Shown: positions 8,807-19,251, counted from the stretch's first letter. The stretch is DNA of 64,000 bases from Treponemataceae bacterium (GCA_963667725.2 CAXXHO010000003.1:2144001-2208000), one strand, 5' to 3'. The notes: generated by a model not told the origin, from the sequence alone. Translations and numbers: made by a program.

Positions 8807-9592
8807 TCAGGGCGAAAAACCGGCGTCCAGCGATACGACGGCTCCCGAGGCGATGCAGGGATCCCTGTCCATCAGATCCAGGGCGATGGCGGCCACTTCG
8901 GCCGGATCGGAAAGTCTGCCGCCGGGGGCCATCAGGGCGAGCGTCGATGCCTCGGCCGAGCCGATGTACTCGGTGCGGACGATTCCCGGGCATACGGTTA
9001 CCGCGGCGACATTGTGCGCCGCTCCTTCGATGGCTATCGACTTGGCGAGGACCCCGAGCCCTGTTTTCGCCGCCGCGTAGGCCGCGTTGGAAGTAAAGCC
9101 GCGGATGGTGTCGGTGCGCGTCCCGCCGAAAAAGAGCATGCGGCCGAAGCCGCGATCGCACATCGCGGGAAAAAGCCGGCTGGCGAGGGCTCCCGGCAAG
9201 GCCAGGTTGAGAAGCGCCATTTTTTCCCAGTCGGAAAGGCTGTAGGCGGCGAAGGGTTTCCTGACGAAAGGTCCGAAGGCCACGACAAGTATGTCGAAAA
9301 CGTTGTCGGCGCCCAGGACGGCGAGAAGAGGCTCGGGCGAATCCAGATCCAGGGCCAGTCCCTCGGCTTCGCCGCCGCCTTGCCTGATCGCGGCGACGAG
9401 ATCGCCTACCTTGCCTGAAGTTCTGCCGTGGATAAAGAGGGAAGTGCCTCTGGCGGCGAGATCTAGCGAAACAGCCCGTCCTATGCCGCCCGAGCCGCCC
9501 ACGACGAGGGCGCGCCGGCCGCGCAGGACGGAATCCCGCCGCGCCACAACTGTCTTTCCTTTTTCGATATCGGCTTGTTTCCTCGGTTCCAT
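8807..9592 (-). CDS. Short-chain dehydrogenase/reductase
   Basis: VVGGSGGIG, YAAAK, VCPG. Start at ATG 9592 is preceded by TTGCTA-N17-TATAGT-N6. Confidence 0.85.
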   Translation of the reverse strand: MEPRKQADIEKGKTVVARRDSVLRGRRALVVGGSGGIGRAVSLDLAARGTSLFIHGRTSGKVGDLVAAIRQGGGEAEGLALDLDSPEPLLAVLGADNVFDILVVAFGPFVRKPFAAYSLSDWEKMALLNLALPGALASRLFPAMCDRGFGRMLFFGGTRTDTIRGFTSNAAYAAAKTGLGVLAKSIAIEGAAHNVAAVTVCPGIVRTEYIGSAEASTLALMAPGGRLSDPAEVAAIALDLMDRDPCIASGAVVSLDAGFSP

Positions 9593-9647
9593 GGCGATAC
9601 TATATGACGCCTCTCGGGTACTAGCAAGGCGATTGTTGGAGGACGGG

Positions 9648-10403
9648 ATGAATCCTGTGGGCGGACAGGGCACGGACCTTTCCATAGTACTCAGCCGGGT
9701 GACGGGATCGGACAACGTCGGCTCTATATGCAGGGCGATGAAGGCCATGGGCGTCGAAAAGCTCCTGCTGGCCGGCTGTCCGGAATATGACGAGGAAAGA
9801 GTGCGCATGATGGCGGTTCACGCCTACGACATTTTCGAAAAAGCCAGGCGCTTCGCGACGCTGGAGACGGCGCTCGGGGAGTTTTCTCTCGTCGCCGGAT
9901 TCTCCCGCCGAGGAGGAGAAAAGCGGAAGGAAGGCTCGGAAGCGCTGAGAGATTTCGTCCAAAGCGCGAACAGTCGCGGTCCTTGCGCCCTGGCCCTCGT
10001 CTTCGGCAATGAGAAGGACGGGCTCTCAGACGCCGAGCTGAACCTCTGCAGTCTCGCCGTCCACATCCCCACATCGGAATCCTGCCCGTCGCTCAACGTC
10101 GCGCAGGCGGTGCAGATCGCCTGCTGGGAGTTTTTCGCGTCGAACGCGGCCGAAAAGTCATCGGCTCGGAAGCCGCCCGCGGTTCCCGCCACGAGGCTGG
10201 TCGTCGATTCCGATATCGCGCTGATAGTCGAGGCGCTTTCGAAAAGGGGTTTCTTCAGAAAAAGCGATGACTCGTACGCGCGGCATTTCCTGAGAGATCT
10301 TTGCGAGAGGGCCGGGGCCAGCGCGAAGGAAGTCGACTATCTCAGGCGCCTCTTCCTCAAGGCCGACGCCCTCGCCTCGCGACATCCTTCAGACCCGACA
10401 TGA
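9648..10403 (+). CDS. SPOUT RNA methyltransferase (TrmJ/TrmH family)
   Basis: NVGSICRAMKAMG, LVFGNEKDGLS, SLNVAQAV. ATG 9648 follows GGAGG. Confidence 0.88.
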   Translation: MNPVGGQGTDLSIVLSRVTGSDNVGSICRAMKAMGVEKLLLAGCPEYDEERVRMMAVHAYDIFEKARRFATLETALGEFSLVAGFSRRGGEKRKEGSEALRDFVQSANSRGPCALALVFGNEKDGLSDAELNLCSLAVHIPTSESCPSLNVAQAVQIACWEFFASNAAEKSSARKPPAVPATRLVVDSDIALIVEALSKRGFFRKSDDSYARHFLRDLCERAGASAKEVDYLRRLFLKADALASRHPSDPT

Positions 10404-11526
10404 ACACGATATCCTCGGCCTGGATAGCCCCTTTCTGAACGTTCACGCATGCCCGATTTATCACCGATTTGAGTTCCCGCACATTTCCCGGCCACTGATA
10501 CTCCATGAGCCTGGAGAGGGCGCCCGAACCGAGTTCGCAGTATCCCCTCCCCGTCTGGAGGCAAAAGTGCCGCGCCAGATCGGCCACATCTTCCATATGT
10601 TCTCTCAGAGGAGGAATCTTAATGGGGAGGTCGGAGATTCTGTAAAACAAGTCGGCCCTGAAATATCCGCGCTGGATTTCCGTCTCGATGTTGACGCAGG
10701 TGGCGCTCACGAGCCTGAAATCGGACTTTTCCGGTTTTTCCGCGCCAAGCTTCCAGAATTCCCCCGTTTCGAGCGCCCGCAGCAGCTTGGGCTGGGTGGA
10801 ACGCGACATGCTGCCGATCTCGTCGAGGAACAGGGTGCCCCTTGCGGCATTCGCGAGCGCGCCCCTATGCTTCACGGCATCGGTAAATGCCCCCCTTTCC
10901 GCCCCGAAAAGTTCGTTCTCGACGAGGTTTTCGGGCAATGCCGAACAGTTGAGCGCTATGAATGGCTCTCCTTTTCTGGAGGAATACTCATGGAGGGCCC
11001 TGGCCACGAGCTCCTTGCCGCTGCCGGTTTCGCCCAGGATGAGGACAGGATGGCGCGATTCTGCGTATTTTTGGACAAGGGCCGATATGCCCTGTATGGC
11101 CTTGCTTCTTCCGATGAACATTCGGACCGCGTTTTTCTCGTCCTCGTCGCTTTTTTCGATAGCCGCGATGATTCTAAAGCACAGGGAAGAAAGCTCTCCC
11201 GAATAGACGAAAATAAAGGCCGCGTTAGCGCTGACGCTAGGATTAATGCCGACGTTTGCGTCGAAGACGGAAGGAATCCGATTCTCGGTCAGCACGAAGA
11301 TCGGAATTCCCGACACATCAGAAAATATGCCGAGCAGGTTTATTAGGCTTTTCTGATCCGCCGATGGGACGCCTATGATCAAGGCACGGACATCGCGATC
11401 GCCCAGACTAATCTTGTGCAGTTCGCCCAGGGTCGCCGCTAGTCTTACTTCGAATCCGGGATGCAGTTCGCCAAGCACTTTCCGGATTCGCTGGCTGTCC
11501 ACATCCCAATAGGCGATTGCTTTCAT
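10357..11526 (-). CDS. Sigma54-interacting AAA+ activator (bEBP) without a C-terminal HTH
   Basis: GETGSGKELVARALH, ELFGAERGAFTDA, LFLDEIG, FRADLFYRI, WPGNVRELK. Confidence 0.88.
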   Translation of the reverse strand: MKAIAYWDVDSQRIRKVLGELHPGFEVRLAATLGELHKISLGDRDVRALIIGVPSADQKSLINLLGIFSDVSGIPIFVLTENRIPSVFDANVGINPSVSANAAFIFVYSGELSSLCFRIIAAIEKSDEDEKNAVRMFIGRSKAIQGISALVQKYAESRHPVLILGETGSGKELVARALHEYSSRKGEPFIALNCSALPENLVENELFGAERGAFTDAVKHRGALANAARGTLFLDEIGSMSRSTQPKLLRALETGEFWKLGAEKPEKSDFRLVSATCVNIETEIQRGYFRADLFYRISDLPIKIPPLREHMEDVADLARHFCLQTGRGYCELGSGALSRLMEYQWPGNVRELKSVINRACVNVQKGAIQAEDIVFMSGLKDVARRGRRP

Positions 11527-11672
11527 ACCATCATTATTAAAGATTATTAAACGCCGCGAAAGACATAACTTCAATCCAGGCAGTAGACAATCATCTATTG
11601 CTGAGCGATGCGCTCAGGTAATGCCAGGAATTTTTGAGGAAAAAACCATAAAAACGGCTCAGCGGCGTCTAG

Positions 11673-12371
11673 CTATCGTTTTCCGGCCAGAATCTCCATG
11701 ATGACGCTTTCATAGAAAAAGATGCCAGACTTCGTATAACGCATATGGCGTGGAATCCAGAGTTCGTTGTCCCTGACCAGGGAACCTACGATGACCATGT
11801 CGGGCGTCGATTTCTGCAGCGCGCGCATGATCGCCGCTTCGTCTCTTTCTTGATAATCGCCTACGGTTCGCCCCACCACTCGAAGTTCGGGAAAGGTCGA
11901 TCGGATATTCGCCTCGGCTTTCTGAAGCGTCGGCAGGGATCCCCCGACGAGGAAAACGGAACCGCGGCGCTGTTCCAGGGCCGAGAGAAAAAGAGAAAGT
12001 GTCTTGAGCGGCTGGTAATGGTGGAAAGGGTTCTCTTCCTCTTCCGGGGGACCAAAATAGGAAAGATAGTCCCTGTGTCTGTCCCCGATAACGATCGAAC
12101 GTTTCAAGACTGCGGCTTTCCCGGCGCCAGCTTTTTTTGCCGCCATGTTCGAGAGCGCCGGCGACGCGGCCAGGATCAGGTCGGCGCTTTCCACCATCGA
12201 GGCGTACTCGCTCAGCCTTCCGGCGGCATGGAAATCCGAGCTTCGCAGAAAGCATACCTGGTGATTGGCCGTGTCATCCCAGGCCGAAGCCAGCGCGGCT
12301 ATCTGTTTTTCGGAGGGAAAATCCAGGCGCAGTCGGCCGAGCGCGATGCTTGTTATTTCGATAGTGTCCAT
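11673..12371 (-). CDS. WecB/TagA/CpsF-like glycosyltransferase (divergent)
   Basis: SADLIL, SVFLVGG, FPELRVVG, PDMVIVG...ELWI. Confidence 0.7.
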   Translation of the reverse strand: MDTIEITSIALGRLRLDFPSEKQIAALASAWDDTANHQVCFLRSSDFHAAGRLSEYASMVESADLILAASPALSNMAAKKAGAGKAAVLKRSIVIGDRHRDYLSYFGPPEEEENPFHHYQPLKTLSLFLSALEQRRGSVFLVGGSLPTLQKAEANIRSTFPELRVVGRTVGDYQERDEAAIMRALQKSTPDMVIVGSLVRDNELWIPRHMRYTKSGIFFYESVIMEILAGKR

Positions 12372-13135
12372 GAAGTCCGTTCCGTCATTATGGTTTTCAC
12401 GGCCGCCAGCGCGAAGAGCGCCGCCGTTTCCGTCCTGAGAATTGTGCCTTCGAAATGTACCGCCTGGAAGCCCATGGCCCTGAAAGCCTCGGTCTCCTCA
12501 GGCGCGAATCCGCCTTCGGGTCCCACGAGGATGACTGTCGGCATGGAATCTCCAGCGCAGCACTCATGGAGACTCTTCTCCGCGATGGGGAGTTCGTGGA
12601 ACATGAGGAGGAGAGAGTTTTCAGGCGGGAATCCCTCGTGGCTCAAGGCCTTGGCGAGGGTGTCGATTGAGGCGGTCGGAAGAATCTTCGTCCTGACCAT
12701 GGACCCCGACTGCTGAAGGGCTTCCCTGACTATCTTGCGCCTGCGCTCCAATTTCTCGGCGATGTCCTTCTCGTTCCTTTCGCGGACGACGCAGTTGCGC
12801 GTCTGAAGGGGAAAAACCGCGGCGGCTCCGGCCTCGACGGCCTGTCTCAGGATGAGATCCATCTTGGGACCCTTGGGCAGGCCCTGAACCAGGGCGATGC
12901 GCGCCGCGCCAGGCACATCGGCTGCGCCATCCTTCTCGGGCGCGAGCGAGACGATGGCCACCGCGGCGGAAGCGTCCTCGATCGCGCAGACGAAGCGGTT
13001 CCCCGCTTCGTCGAGGGCGGAAAACGAATCGCCCCGCCCCATGCGCAGAACGCGGAGAAGGTAGCGGGAGGTTTTTTCGTCGAGGACGAAGCGTGTATCG
13101 CCAGCCCTGTCGCCGGGAAGCACTAGTTGCCGCAT
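12353..13135 (-). CDS. rsmE: 16S rRNA m3U1498 methyltransferase
   Basis: RVLRM..GD, KMDLILRQAVEAG, EALQQS, VGPEGGF, ILRTETA. Confidence 0.92.
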   Translation of the reverse strand: MRQLVLPGDRAGDTRFVLDEKTSRYLLRVLRMGRGDSFSALDEAGNRFVCAIEDASAAVAIVSLAPEKDGAADVPGAARIALVQGLPKGPKMDLILRQAVEAGAAAVFPLQTRNCVVRERNEKDIAEKLERRRKIVREALQQSGSMVRTKILPTASIDTLAKALSHEGFPPENSLLLMFHELPIAEKSLHECCAGDSMPTVILVGPEGGFAPEETEAFRAMGFQAVHFEGTILRTETAALFALAAVKTIMTERTSWTLSK

Positions 13136-13144
13136 CGGAACGCC

Positions 13145-14623
13145 TTACTTGGCCGAAAGGGCCTGGCTGACCGATTGGCTGTTTTCCAGGAGGAGGGGGA
13201 ACTCAGGGCTCAACAGGACTTCGATGGCTTTTTTCAGCTGGGTATCGAATTCCAGGTCGTAGACCCTTGAGGGTTTGGCCCTTTCAAGTTCGTCGCGCAG
13301 AAGCCTGTCTATATAGTCCTGAGGGAGCGAGTATCCCGATTCCACGATTTCCTTGGCCCTCGCCTTTCGCGCTTCGGGGCTCGCGTCGGGATGCGCTTTC
13401 GCGTAGCCCTGAATGAGTCCCGCGGCGTAAAGCTTTTCCAGGTCTTTGAACTGAGCCTCGGTAAATTCCCAATCAGGAACGACGATATCGGGTACGATGC
13501 CCGACTTGTCGATATTGACGCCTGAAGGCGTATAGTAGCGGGCCATCGTAAGCTTAAAGCCCGTGGTGTCGAGAGGGAATATCTGCTGGACGGAGCCCTT
13601 GCCATAGGTTTTTTCGCCGACGAGAAGAGCGCGCCGCTGGTCCTTCATCGCCCCCGAGAAAATTTCGGAAGCCGAAGCCGATCCCTTGTTCACGAGGACG
13701 ATCATGTTTATCGAGTCGGGTATCGCGACGGACGCTTTCGCCTTGTACTCGAAATTCTCCTGGTTGTTCCGGCCCCTTGTCGAAACGATCATCCCGGAAG
13801 TCAGGAAGAGATCGCTCACGTCCACGACCGAACTGAGCAGCCCGCCCGGATTGGAACGGACATCGACGACGAGATGTGTCATGCCGTCCTTGGCCATCTG
13901 GCTCAGGGCATCCTGCATGCGCTCGGCCGTCTGGGGAATCCATTCGATGATGCGGAGATAGCCGATGACGGCCCCGTCTTTTCTGATGATTCCCGTCTTG
14001 ATGGCGGGTATCTCGATGGTGGCGCGGGTGAATTCGATTTCGAACTCATAGGAAGCGCCCCGCATGAAGCTGAGGCGGACCTGGGTGCCCGCCGGTCCCC
14101 TGATCTTGGCCGATGCCTGGTCGACGGTCATGTCGGCGGTGCTCTCGCCGTCTATCTTCACGATGAGATCCCCGGGGAGTATGCCTTGCTTCCATCCGGG
14201 CGTATCCTCGATGGGCGACACTACCTCCACGTAATTCGGCTCCCCATCGGGGGAAGTTCCGGGCACCTTCGATATGTACAAGCCTACGCCCGCGTATTCC
14301 CCATCGGTTTCGCGCATCAAATCGGAAAGCATGGCTTCATCGAGAAAGGTCGAATGAGGGTCGCCGACGGCGTCGAACATGCCTTTCATCGCTCCCTGGT
14401 AGAGCTTGGCGGGATCGACTTCGTCGACATAATTCTGGATTATGAACTGGTAAATAGTCTGGATGAGCTGGGAATAGCGTTTGGCATCGTCGTTCGAGTT
14501 CTTTGTCGTCTGCGCCGCCGCTTCGGGGGCCGAAACGGCGAAAAAGCATACTGACAATGCTATCAGACCCGCAAGACTCCATGCGATGGTGGAACGCCCC
14601 GGTCCGTTTTTAAAAATTCTCAT
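13145..14623 (-). CDS. ctpA: Carboxyl-terminal processing protease (S41, with PDZ domain)
   Basis: Signal/TM segment, DPHS, PDZ (GVGL...GDLI), DVRSNPGG, SASASEI, TYGKGSVQ. Start may be 14623 or 14659. Confidence 0.92.
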   Translation of the reverse strand: MRIFKNGPGRSTIAWSLAGLIALSVCFFAVSAPEAAAQTTKNSNDDAKRYSQLIQTIYQFIIQNYVDEVDPAKLYQGAMKGMFDAVGDPHSTFLDEAMLSDLMRETDGEYAGVGLYISKVPGTSPDGEPNYVEVVSPIEDTPGWKQGILPGDLIVKIDGESTADMTVDQASAKIRGPAGTQVRLSFMRGASYEFEIEFTRATIEIPAIKTGIIRKDGAVIGYLRIIEWIPQTAERMQDALSQMAKDGMTHLVVDVRSNPGGLLSSVVDVSDLFLTSGMIVSTRGRNNQENFEYKAKASVAIPDSINMIVLVNKGSASASEIFSGAMKDQRRALLVGEKTYGKGSVQQIFPLDTTGFKLTMARYYTPSGVNIDKSGIVPDIVVPDWEFTEAQFKDLEKLYAAGLIQGYAKAHPDASPEARKARAKEIVESGYSLPQDYIDRLLRDELERAKPSRVYDLEFDTQLKKAIEVLLSPEFPLLLENSQSVSQALSAK

Positions 14624-14770
14624 GACTGAACTATCCTTGTTCGGCGACCTGCTCGTCAATCCTCATACCGCGGCGCCGAGCCGATTCCCGATTATAGTAT
14701 GGCAGGCGCTTAAGTGAACATCCCATATCTATTGACCCGACGGCGCGCAGCCCACTAGACTGATGTCCGT

Positions 14771-15238
14771 ATGAGAAAGTTGAAATATCTGGCCGCCGCC
14801 GCCTTATCGCTCTGCAAGCCTTTTTTCCTCGGCACCATAGCGGTGGGGATAGGGCTTTCCGATTCAGACGGCGTTTCTTCATCCTACCTGCGTTTCCTGA
14901 TATTTCCCCATGTCATACCGGCAGTCTGCTTTTTCTTCCTCTATCTCGACGAAGACAGATACCGATCGTTCAAGCCTTTGGTTGCGCTTTTCGAGCTGGG
15001 CTCCCTGGCCTTTCTCGCCGCCATAATGTTGCCGGCGGCGAAGGATCTGTCCAAGCTCATGGTGGCTACCAAAGACGCCCAGGGGTTTTCGAAAAGCGCG
15101 GTGGCGTATTTCGCCTCCCTCCTGATCGATGTTTTTTGCGGATTCATCATCATACTCGGCACGCTCCCGCGCGATGACCGAAAATCCGCGTCCGTGAAAG
15201 ACGGCGGCGGGTCTACTCTTCCCAACAAGGAACAATGA
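14771..15238 (+). CDS. Hypothetical membrane protein (about 4 TM)
   Basis: Four hydrophobic segments; overlaps the lgt start (ATGA); promoter-like TTGACC-N18-TAGACT upstream. Confidence 0.6.
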   Translation: MRKLKYLAAAALSLCKPFFLGTIAVGIGLSDSDGVSSSYLRFLIFPHVIPAVCFFFLYLDEDRYRSFKPLVALFELGSLAFLAAIMLPAAKDLSKLMVATKDAQGFSKSAVAYFASLLIDVFCGFIIILGTLPRDDRKSASVKDGGGSTLPNKEQ

Positions 15239-16248
15239 TGGCGGCAATGCTTGAATTCCCTGCCTGGCTTAAGCCAGAGATCATCCCCGGCCTGCCTTTC
15301 CGGTGGTACGGCCTCATGTATGTTCTCGCTTTCGGCACGGCCTGGTTTCTCTTCCGCTTCGAGTCGAAGCGATTGGGCAAGCCCTGGTCCGAAGAACTGG
15401 CGGCCAATTTCTTCCTCTGGGCCATCGTGGGCGTCCTCATCGGCGGAAGGCTCGCGGGCACGCTCATCTACGAACCGACCGATTATTACTGGCGCCGCCC
15501 TTGGTTCATCCTTTGGCCCTTCGACGAGACGGGACGTTTCGTGGGCTATCAGGGGATGTCCTTCCACGGAGGGCTCGCGGGCGTCATCGCCGCGACCCTT
15601 GTGTGGTGCAAGGTCAAGAAGGAAAAGTGGCTGGCCTGGGCCGACATCATCGCCATGGCGGCGCCCCTGGGCTACACCTTCGGCAGGCTCGGCAACTTCA
15701 TCAACGGCGAGCTCTGGGGCAAAGTGACCGGCGCCCCCTGGGGAATGGTTTTCCCTTACGCCGAAAGATTTTCGGCGCGCGAAACCTGGGTTCAGGAGAT
15801 CGCGGCCAAGGTGGGCATAACGCTCAACTCCATGAACGACGTCGTAAACCTGCCGAGGCATCCCTCCCAGCTCTACGAAGCCATATTCGAAGGCTTGGCG
15901 CTCTGGGTCCTCCTCTGGCTCGTCGTCCGCAAGCGGCGCCCCTTCGAAGGTTTCGCCTCCGGCGTCTATATCGTCGGCTATGGTCTCGTGCGATTCGTGA
16001 TCGAATATTTCCGCGAGCCCGATTCAGGCCTCGGCTACATCATCAAGCTCGGGAATCCCGATGCCCCAACCTATACCTTCACGACCCTTCTCAATTTTTC
16101 CATGGGACAGATTCTCTGTTTCCTCATGATCGCCGGAGGGCTGATCTTCCTGAGTACGCAGAAACGACGCAGCCGGAGAGAGCTTGAGGAAGCCCAGCGT
16201 AGCGCCAGCAAAATGTCGGCCAGAAAATTGAGGAAGAAAATCAAATGA
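15235..16248 (+). CDS. lgt: Prolipoprotein diacylglyceryl transferase
   Basis: RWYGLMY, GGRL, GMSFHGG, GRLGNFINGELWG, HPSQLYE, RFVIEYFREPD. Confidence 0.96.
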   Translation: MMAAMLEFPAWLKPEIIPGLPFRWYGLMYVLAFGTAWFLFRFESKRLGKPWSEELAANFFLWAIVGVLIGGRLAGTLIYEPTDYYWRRPWFILWPFDETGRFVGYQGMSFHGGLAGVIAATLVWCKVKKEKWLAWADIIAMAAPLGYTFGRLGNFINGELWGKVTGAPWGMVFPYAERFSARETWVQEIAAKVGITLNSMNDVVNLPRHPSQLYEAIFEGLALWVLLWLVVRKRRPFEGFASGVYIVGYGLVRFVIEYFREPDSGLGYIIKLGNPDAPTYTFTTLLNFSMGQILCFLMIAGGLIFLSTQKRRSRRELEEAQRSASKMSARKLRKKIK

Positions 16249-16264
16249 GACAAGGGGAGCTGTC

Positions 16265-17950
16265 ATGATCGTAACCTTGGTTCAGATGAATTCGGTCATC
16301 GGCGATTTTGCCGGAAACGCGCGCAGGATCGTCGAACTCTCGAATAAAGCCATAGCCGATTCGGCTGCCTCAGGCAAGCCCGAACTCCTCATATTCCCGG
16401 AACTGGCGCTCTGCGGCTACCCTCCGATGGATCTCCTCGATCAGGAAGCCTTCGTCGAAGGCAGTCTTTCCGCGCTGCGCCTCCTCCAGCGGGAGCTCCC
16501 GAAATCGGCGGCCGTCGCCCTGGGCTATGTCGACAGGAACAGGACAGGATCGGGCCGCGCCCTGGTAAACGCTTTTTCCGTCATCGCCGACGGCAAAATC
16601 GTCTTCACCCAGGAAAAGACGCTCCTGCCCACCTACGATGTCTTCGACGAGGCCCGCTATTTCGAGCCGGCCAGGACGAGAAAAGTCTACACGCCTTCCT
16701 CGGGCAGGATAGGCTTCGCCATCTGCGAGGATTTCTGGTGGGAAGCGCCGCCCTCCCCCTCCTTCAAGTACGCGGTCGATCCGGTGAAAGACCTTCTCGA
16801 CGCGAACATCGACCTTCTCATCGTTCCCTCGGCCTCTCCCTTCGTCGCGGGCAAACTGAAGACGCGGCTCGCCCTCGCCAGGGGCAGGGCGAAGGAAGGC
16901 CACATCCCCGTCCTCTACTGCAACGCGGTCGGCGCCAACGATTCGCTCGTCTTCGACGGACGCTCCTTCGCGGTCTCGCCCGAGGGCGAGACGGTCGCCA
17001 TGTGCGGATGGGAGGAATCCTTCCTCTCCATCGACACCGCCGCGATGACGACGCGCGTCAGCGACGCGGGGTCAGCCAGCGAAGCGATCGAGGAAATCCA
17101 CCGGGCTCTCGTCGTCGGCATCCGCGACTACATGAAAAAATCGGGATTCTCCAAGGCCTGCCTGGGTCTGTCGGGCGGCATCGATTCGGCCATGGTGGCC
17201 GTCCTGGGCGCCGAAGCCCTCGGTGCCGAAAACATCACCTGCATCACCATGCCGAGCAGGTTCTCGAGCGACGGTTCCATCGATGATTCAGTCGAGCTCT
17301 GCCACCGCGGCGGCATAAGGCTCGAGAGACTTTCGATCGAGGCGCCTTTCAAGGCCTACCTCGACCTCCTCGCCATTCCCTTCGCCGGCCGCCCCTTCGA
17401 TCTCGCCGAGGAAAACCTCCAGGCGAGGATACGAGGAGCCCTTCTCATGGCCTGGTCGAACAAGTTCAACGCCCTATTGCTCACCACGGGCAATAAGAGC
17501 GAAATAGCGGCAGGCTACTGCACGCTCTACGGCGACATGTGCGGCGCCCTCGCCCCCATCGGCGACCTCTACAAGACGGAGGTCTTCGCGCTCGCCAGGC
17601 ACCTGAACAGGCTGGCCGCGGCTGCCGGAAAGCCCGAACCCATTCCGCTGTCCATCATAGAAAAAGCGCCGAGCGCCGAGCTCAGGCCCAATCAGAAGGA
17701 TCAGGACAGCCTGCCCGAATACGACCTGCTGGACGGCATACTGCGCCTTTATATCGAAGAGGACGCTTCCTTCGAGGATATCGTGGCCAAGGGTTTCGAA
17801 AGGGCATTGGTGCTGAAGGTGCTGGGGCTGACGGCGAAGGCTGAATACAAGAGGCGCCAGGCCGCGCCGACGATCAAGGTTTCGAAGCGCGCTTTCGGAA
17901 TAGGCCGTCGCCTGCCCCTCGCCCGCCACATCCACGAGATAGAGGGTTAA
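16265..17950 (+). CDS. nadE: Glutamine-dependent NAD+ synthetase
   Basis: Nitrilase domain (FPEL, K..LPTY.VFDE.RYF, ICED); synthetase domain GLSGGIDS, ENLQARIRG, TGNKSE, PSAEL. Confidence 0.95.
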   Translation: MIVTLVQMNSVIGDFAGNARRIVELSNKAIADSAASGKPELLIFPELALCGYPPMDLLDQEAFVEGSLSALRLLQRELPKSAAVALGYVDRNRTGSGRALVNAFSVIADGKIVFTQEKTLLPTYDVFDEARYFEPARTRKVYTPSSGRIGFAICEDFWWEAPPSPSFKYAVDPVKDLLDANIDLLIVPSASPFVAGKLKTRLALARGRAKEGHIPVLYCNAVGANDSLVFDGRSFAVSPEGETVAMCGWEESFLSIDTAAMTTRVSDAGSASEAIEEIHRALVVGIRDYMKKSGFSKACLGLSGGIDSAMVAVLGAEALGAENITCITMPSRFSSDGSIDDSVELCHRGGIRLERLSIEAPFKAYLDLLAIPFAGRPFDLAEENLQARIRGALLMAWSNKFNALLLTTGNKSEIAAGYCTLYGDMCGALAPIGDLYKTEVFALARHLNRLAAAAGKPEPIPLSIIEKAPSAELRPNQKDQDSLPEYDLLDGILRLYIEEDASFEDIVAKGFERALVLKVLGLTAKAEYKRRQAAPTIKVSKRAFGIGRRLPLARHIHEIEG

Positions 17951-18735
17951 GCCCGCCAGGCCTGGATCCGCTGGGGACAGTTGGAGATGATGCCGGCTGC
18001 CCCACAGGCCAGAACGCGTTCGGCGTCGGCCTCCGTGTCGACCGTCCAGGGAAGGACGGGACGCCTTAGTTCGGCGAAGAGCCTCTTGTGCTTAAGAAGG
18101 ACGTGCTCGGGCTTGAGAACGTCGACGTTGCCTATCCACCGCCCCTCGCCTCTTCTCAGAAAACCGTAGAGATCCTTCGACCTGCACCAGATTATGGCGG
18201 TGGGTATTTCCCTCGCGATCGTCTTGAACCTGCGCAAGGCGAAAGGATTGAAGGAAGACACAAGGCAGCGCCTTTCCATGCCGTGACGGGCGATAGTCTC
18301 CGAGAGGAGCCGCTCGAGGCCGGCGTCCCCCGTCGTCCTGCTTTTGATTTCCACATCGATATACTGGGTTTTGCCGAATTCCTCGAAAACGTTGTCCAGG
18401 AGAGGCATTCTCTCGCCTGAAAAAGCGGGGCCCTTCCAGGAGCCGATATCGAGGGAAGCCAGGAAAGCGTAGTCGGATCCCTCGAGCGAAAAGGCCAGCT
18501 CGCCGCTTGGATCGTCGGGCCGCGTGACGATGCGCTTCGTGGTGTCGTCGTGGAACACGACGAGCTTTCCGTCCTTCGTCAGGTGCACATCGAGTTCTAT
18601 GCCGGGAATGCCGGCGTCCCTGGCGCCCCTGTACGCGGCCATGGTGTTTTCGGGATAGATGGTCGAAAGCCCCCTGTGGGCGAAAACGAGGGGGCGGGGA
18701 AAATCGGGCAATAATGGCGGACGCATGTTCGGCAT
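17947..18735 (-). CDS. Glycerophosphodiester phosphodiesterase
   Basis: AHRG....PENT, IELDVHLTKDG..VVFHD, VEIK, VSSF, WTVD. Confidence 0.92.
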   Translation of the reverse strand: MPNMRPPLLPDFPRPLVFAHRGLSTIYPENTMAAYRGARDAGIPGIELDVHLTKDGKLVVFHDDTTKRIVTRPDDPSGELAFSLEGSDYAFLASLDIGSWKGPAFSGERMPLLDNVFEEFGKTQYIDVEIKSRTTGDAGLERLLSETIARHGMERRCLVSSFNPFALRRFKTIAREIPTAIIWCRSKDLYGFLRRGEGRWIGNVDVLKPEHVLLKHKRLFAELRRPVLPWTVDTEADAERVLACGAAGIISNCPQRIQAWRA

Positions 18736-18740
18736 CGGGT

Positions 18741-19241
18741 TTAGGCGCCTTGCCCCGGCTTTTCCTGGCCGCCTTCAGGGAGGAGGCCCATCCTCCGTTT
18801 GAGCGCCTCGAGGGGATCCTCGGAGGAGCCGGCCTTGGCCAAAGCATCCAGTTCGCGCTCCAGCTTGGCCTTATCGGGCTCGAGAGCCTCGCCCGTCATC
18901 ATGGACAGCTCGGCCTGAAGCTGGTCAGGATCGATGCTCCTCTGCTTGGCCTTCATCCCGGGCATGGCTTCCTTGATCCTCGCCGCGTCGCGTTCCAGCT
19001 CAGCCCTCGAGGCCGCTATTTCCGACAACCGGCCTTCCAGCTGGCCTAGCTGTTCGCGGGCGCCAGCCGCGAGTTCGGCCATTCCCCTGCTCTCGGCCAG
19101 GCTCACCCTCGAGGTCCAGAGAGTGACGTCCTTCTTGAGAGCTTCGATATCCTTGTTGTGACGCTTGATATCGGTCGTATAGGCGAAAAGCAGTTCCCTG
19201 GCTCCTTCGTAGTCGAGGCGGGACAATTCTTCCAGCGTCAT
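18741..19241 (-). CDS. Short PspA-like coiled-coil protein
   Basis: LWTSRVSLAESRGMAELAAGA resembles the PspA hairpin motif; C-terminal LEALKRRMG. AAGGAG precedes ATG 19241. Confidence 0.55.
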   Translation of the reverse strand: MTLEELSRLDYEGARELLFAYTTDIKRHNKDIEALKKDVTLWTSRVSLAESRGMAELAAGAREQLGQLEGRLSEIAASRAELERDAARIKEAMPGMKAKQRSIDPDQLQAELSMMTGEALEPDKAKLERELDALAKAGSSEDPLEALKRRMGLLPEGGQEKPGQGA

Positions 19242-19251
19242 TCGCGGCTCC

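Noticed and set aside
11590..11620. Small adjacent hairpins upstream of the sigma54 activator, considered as an ncRNA or a sigma54 promoter
   Set aside because: Stems are short and TGGCAT is not followed by TTGC at the -12 spacing.
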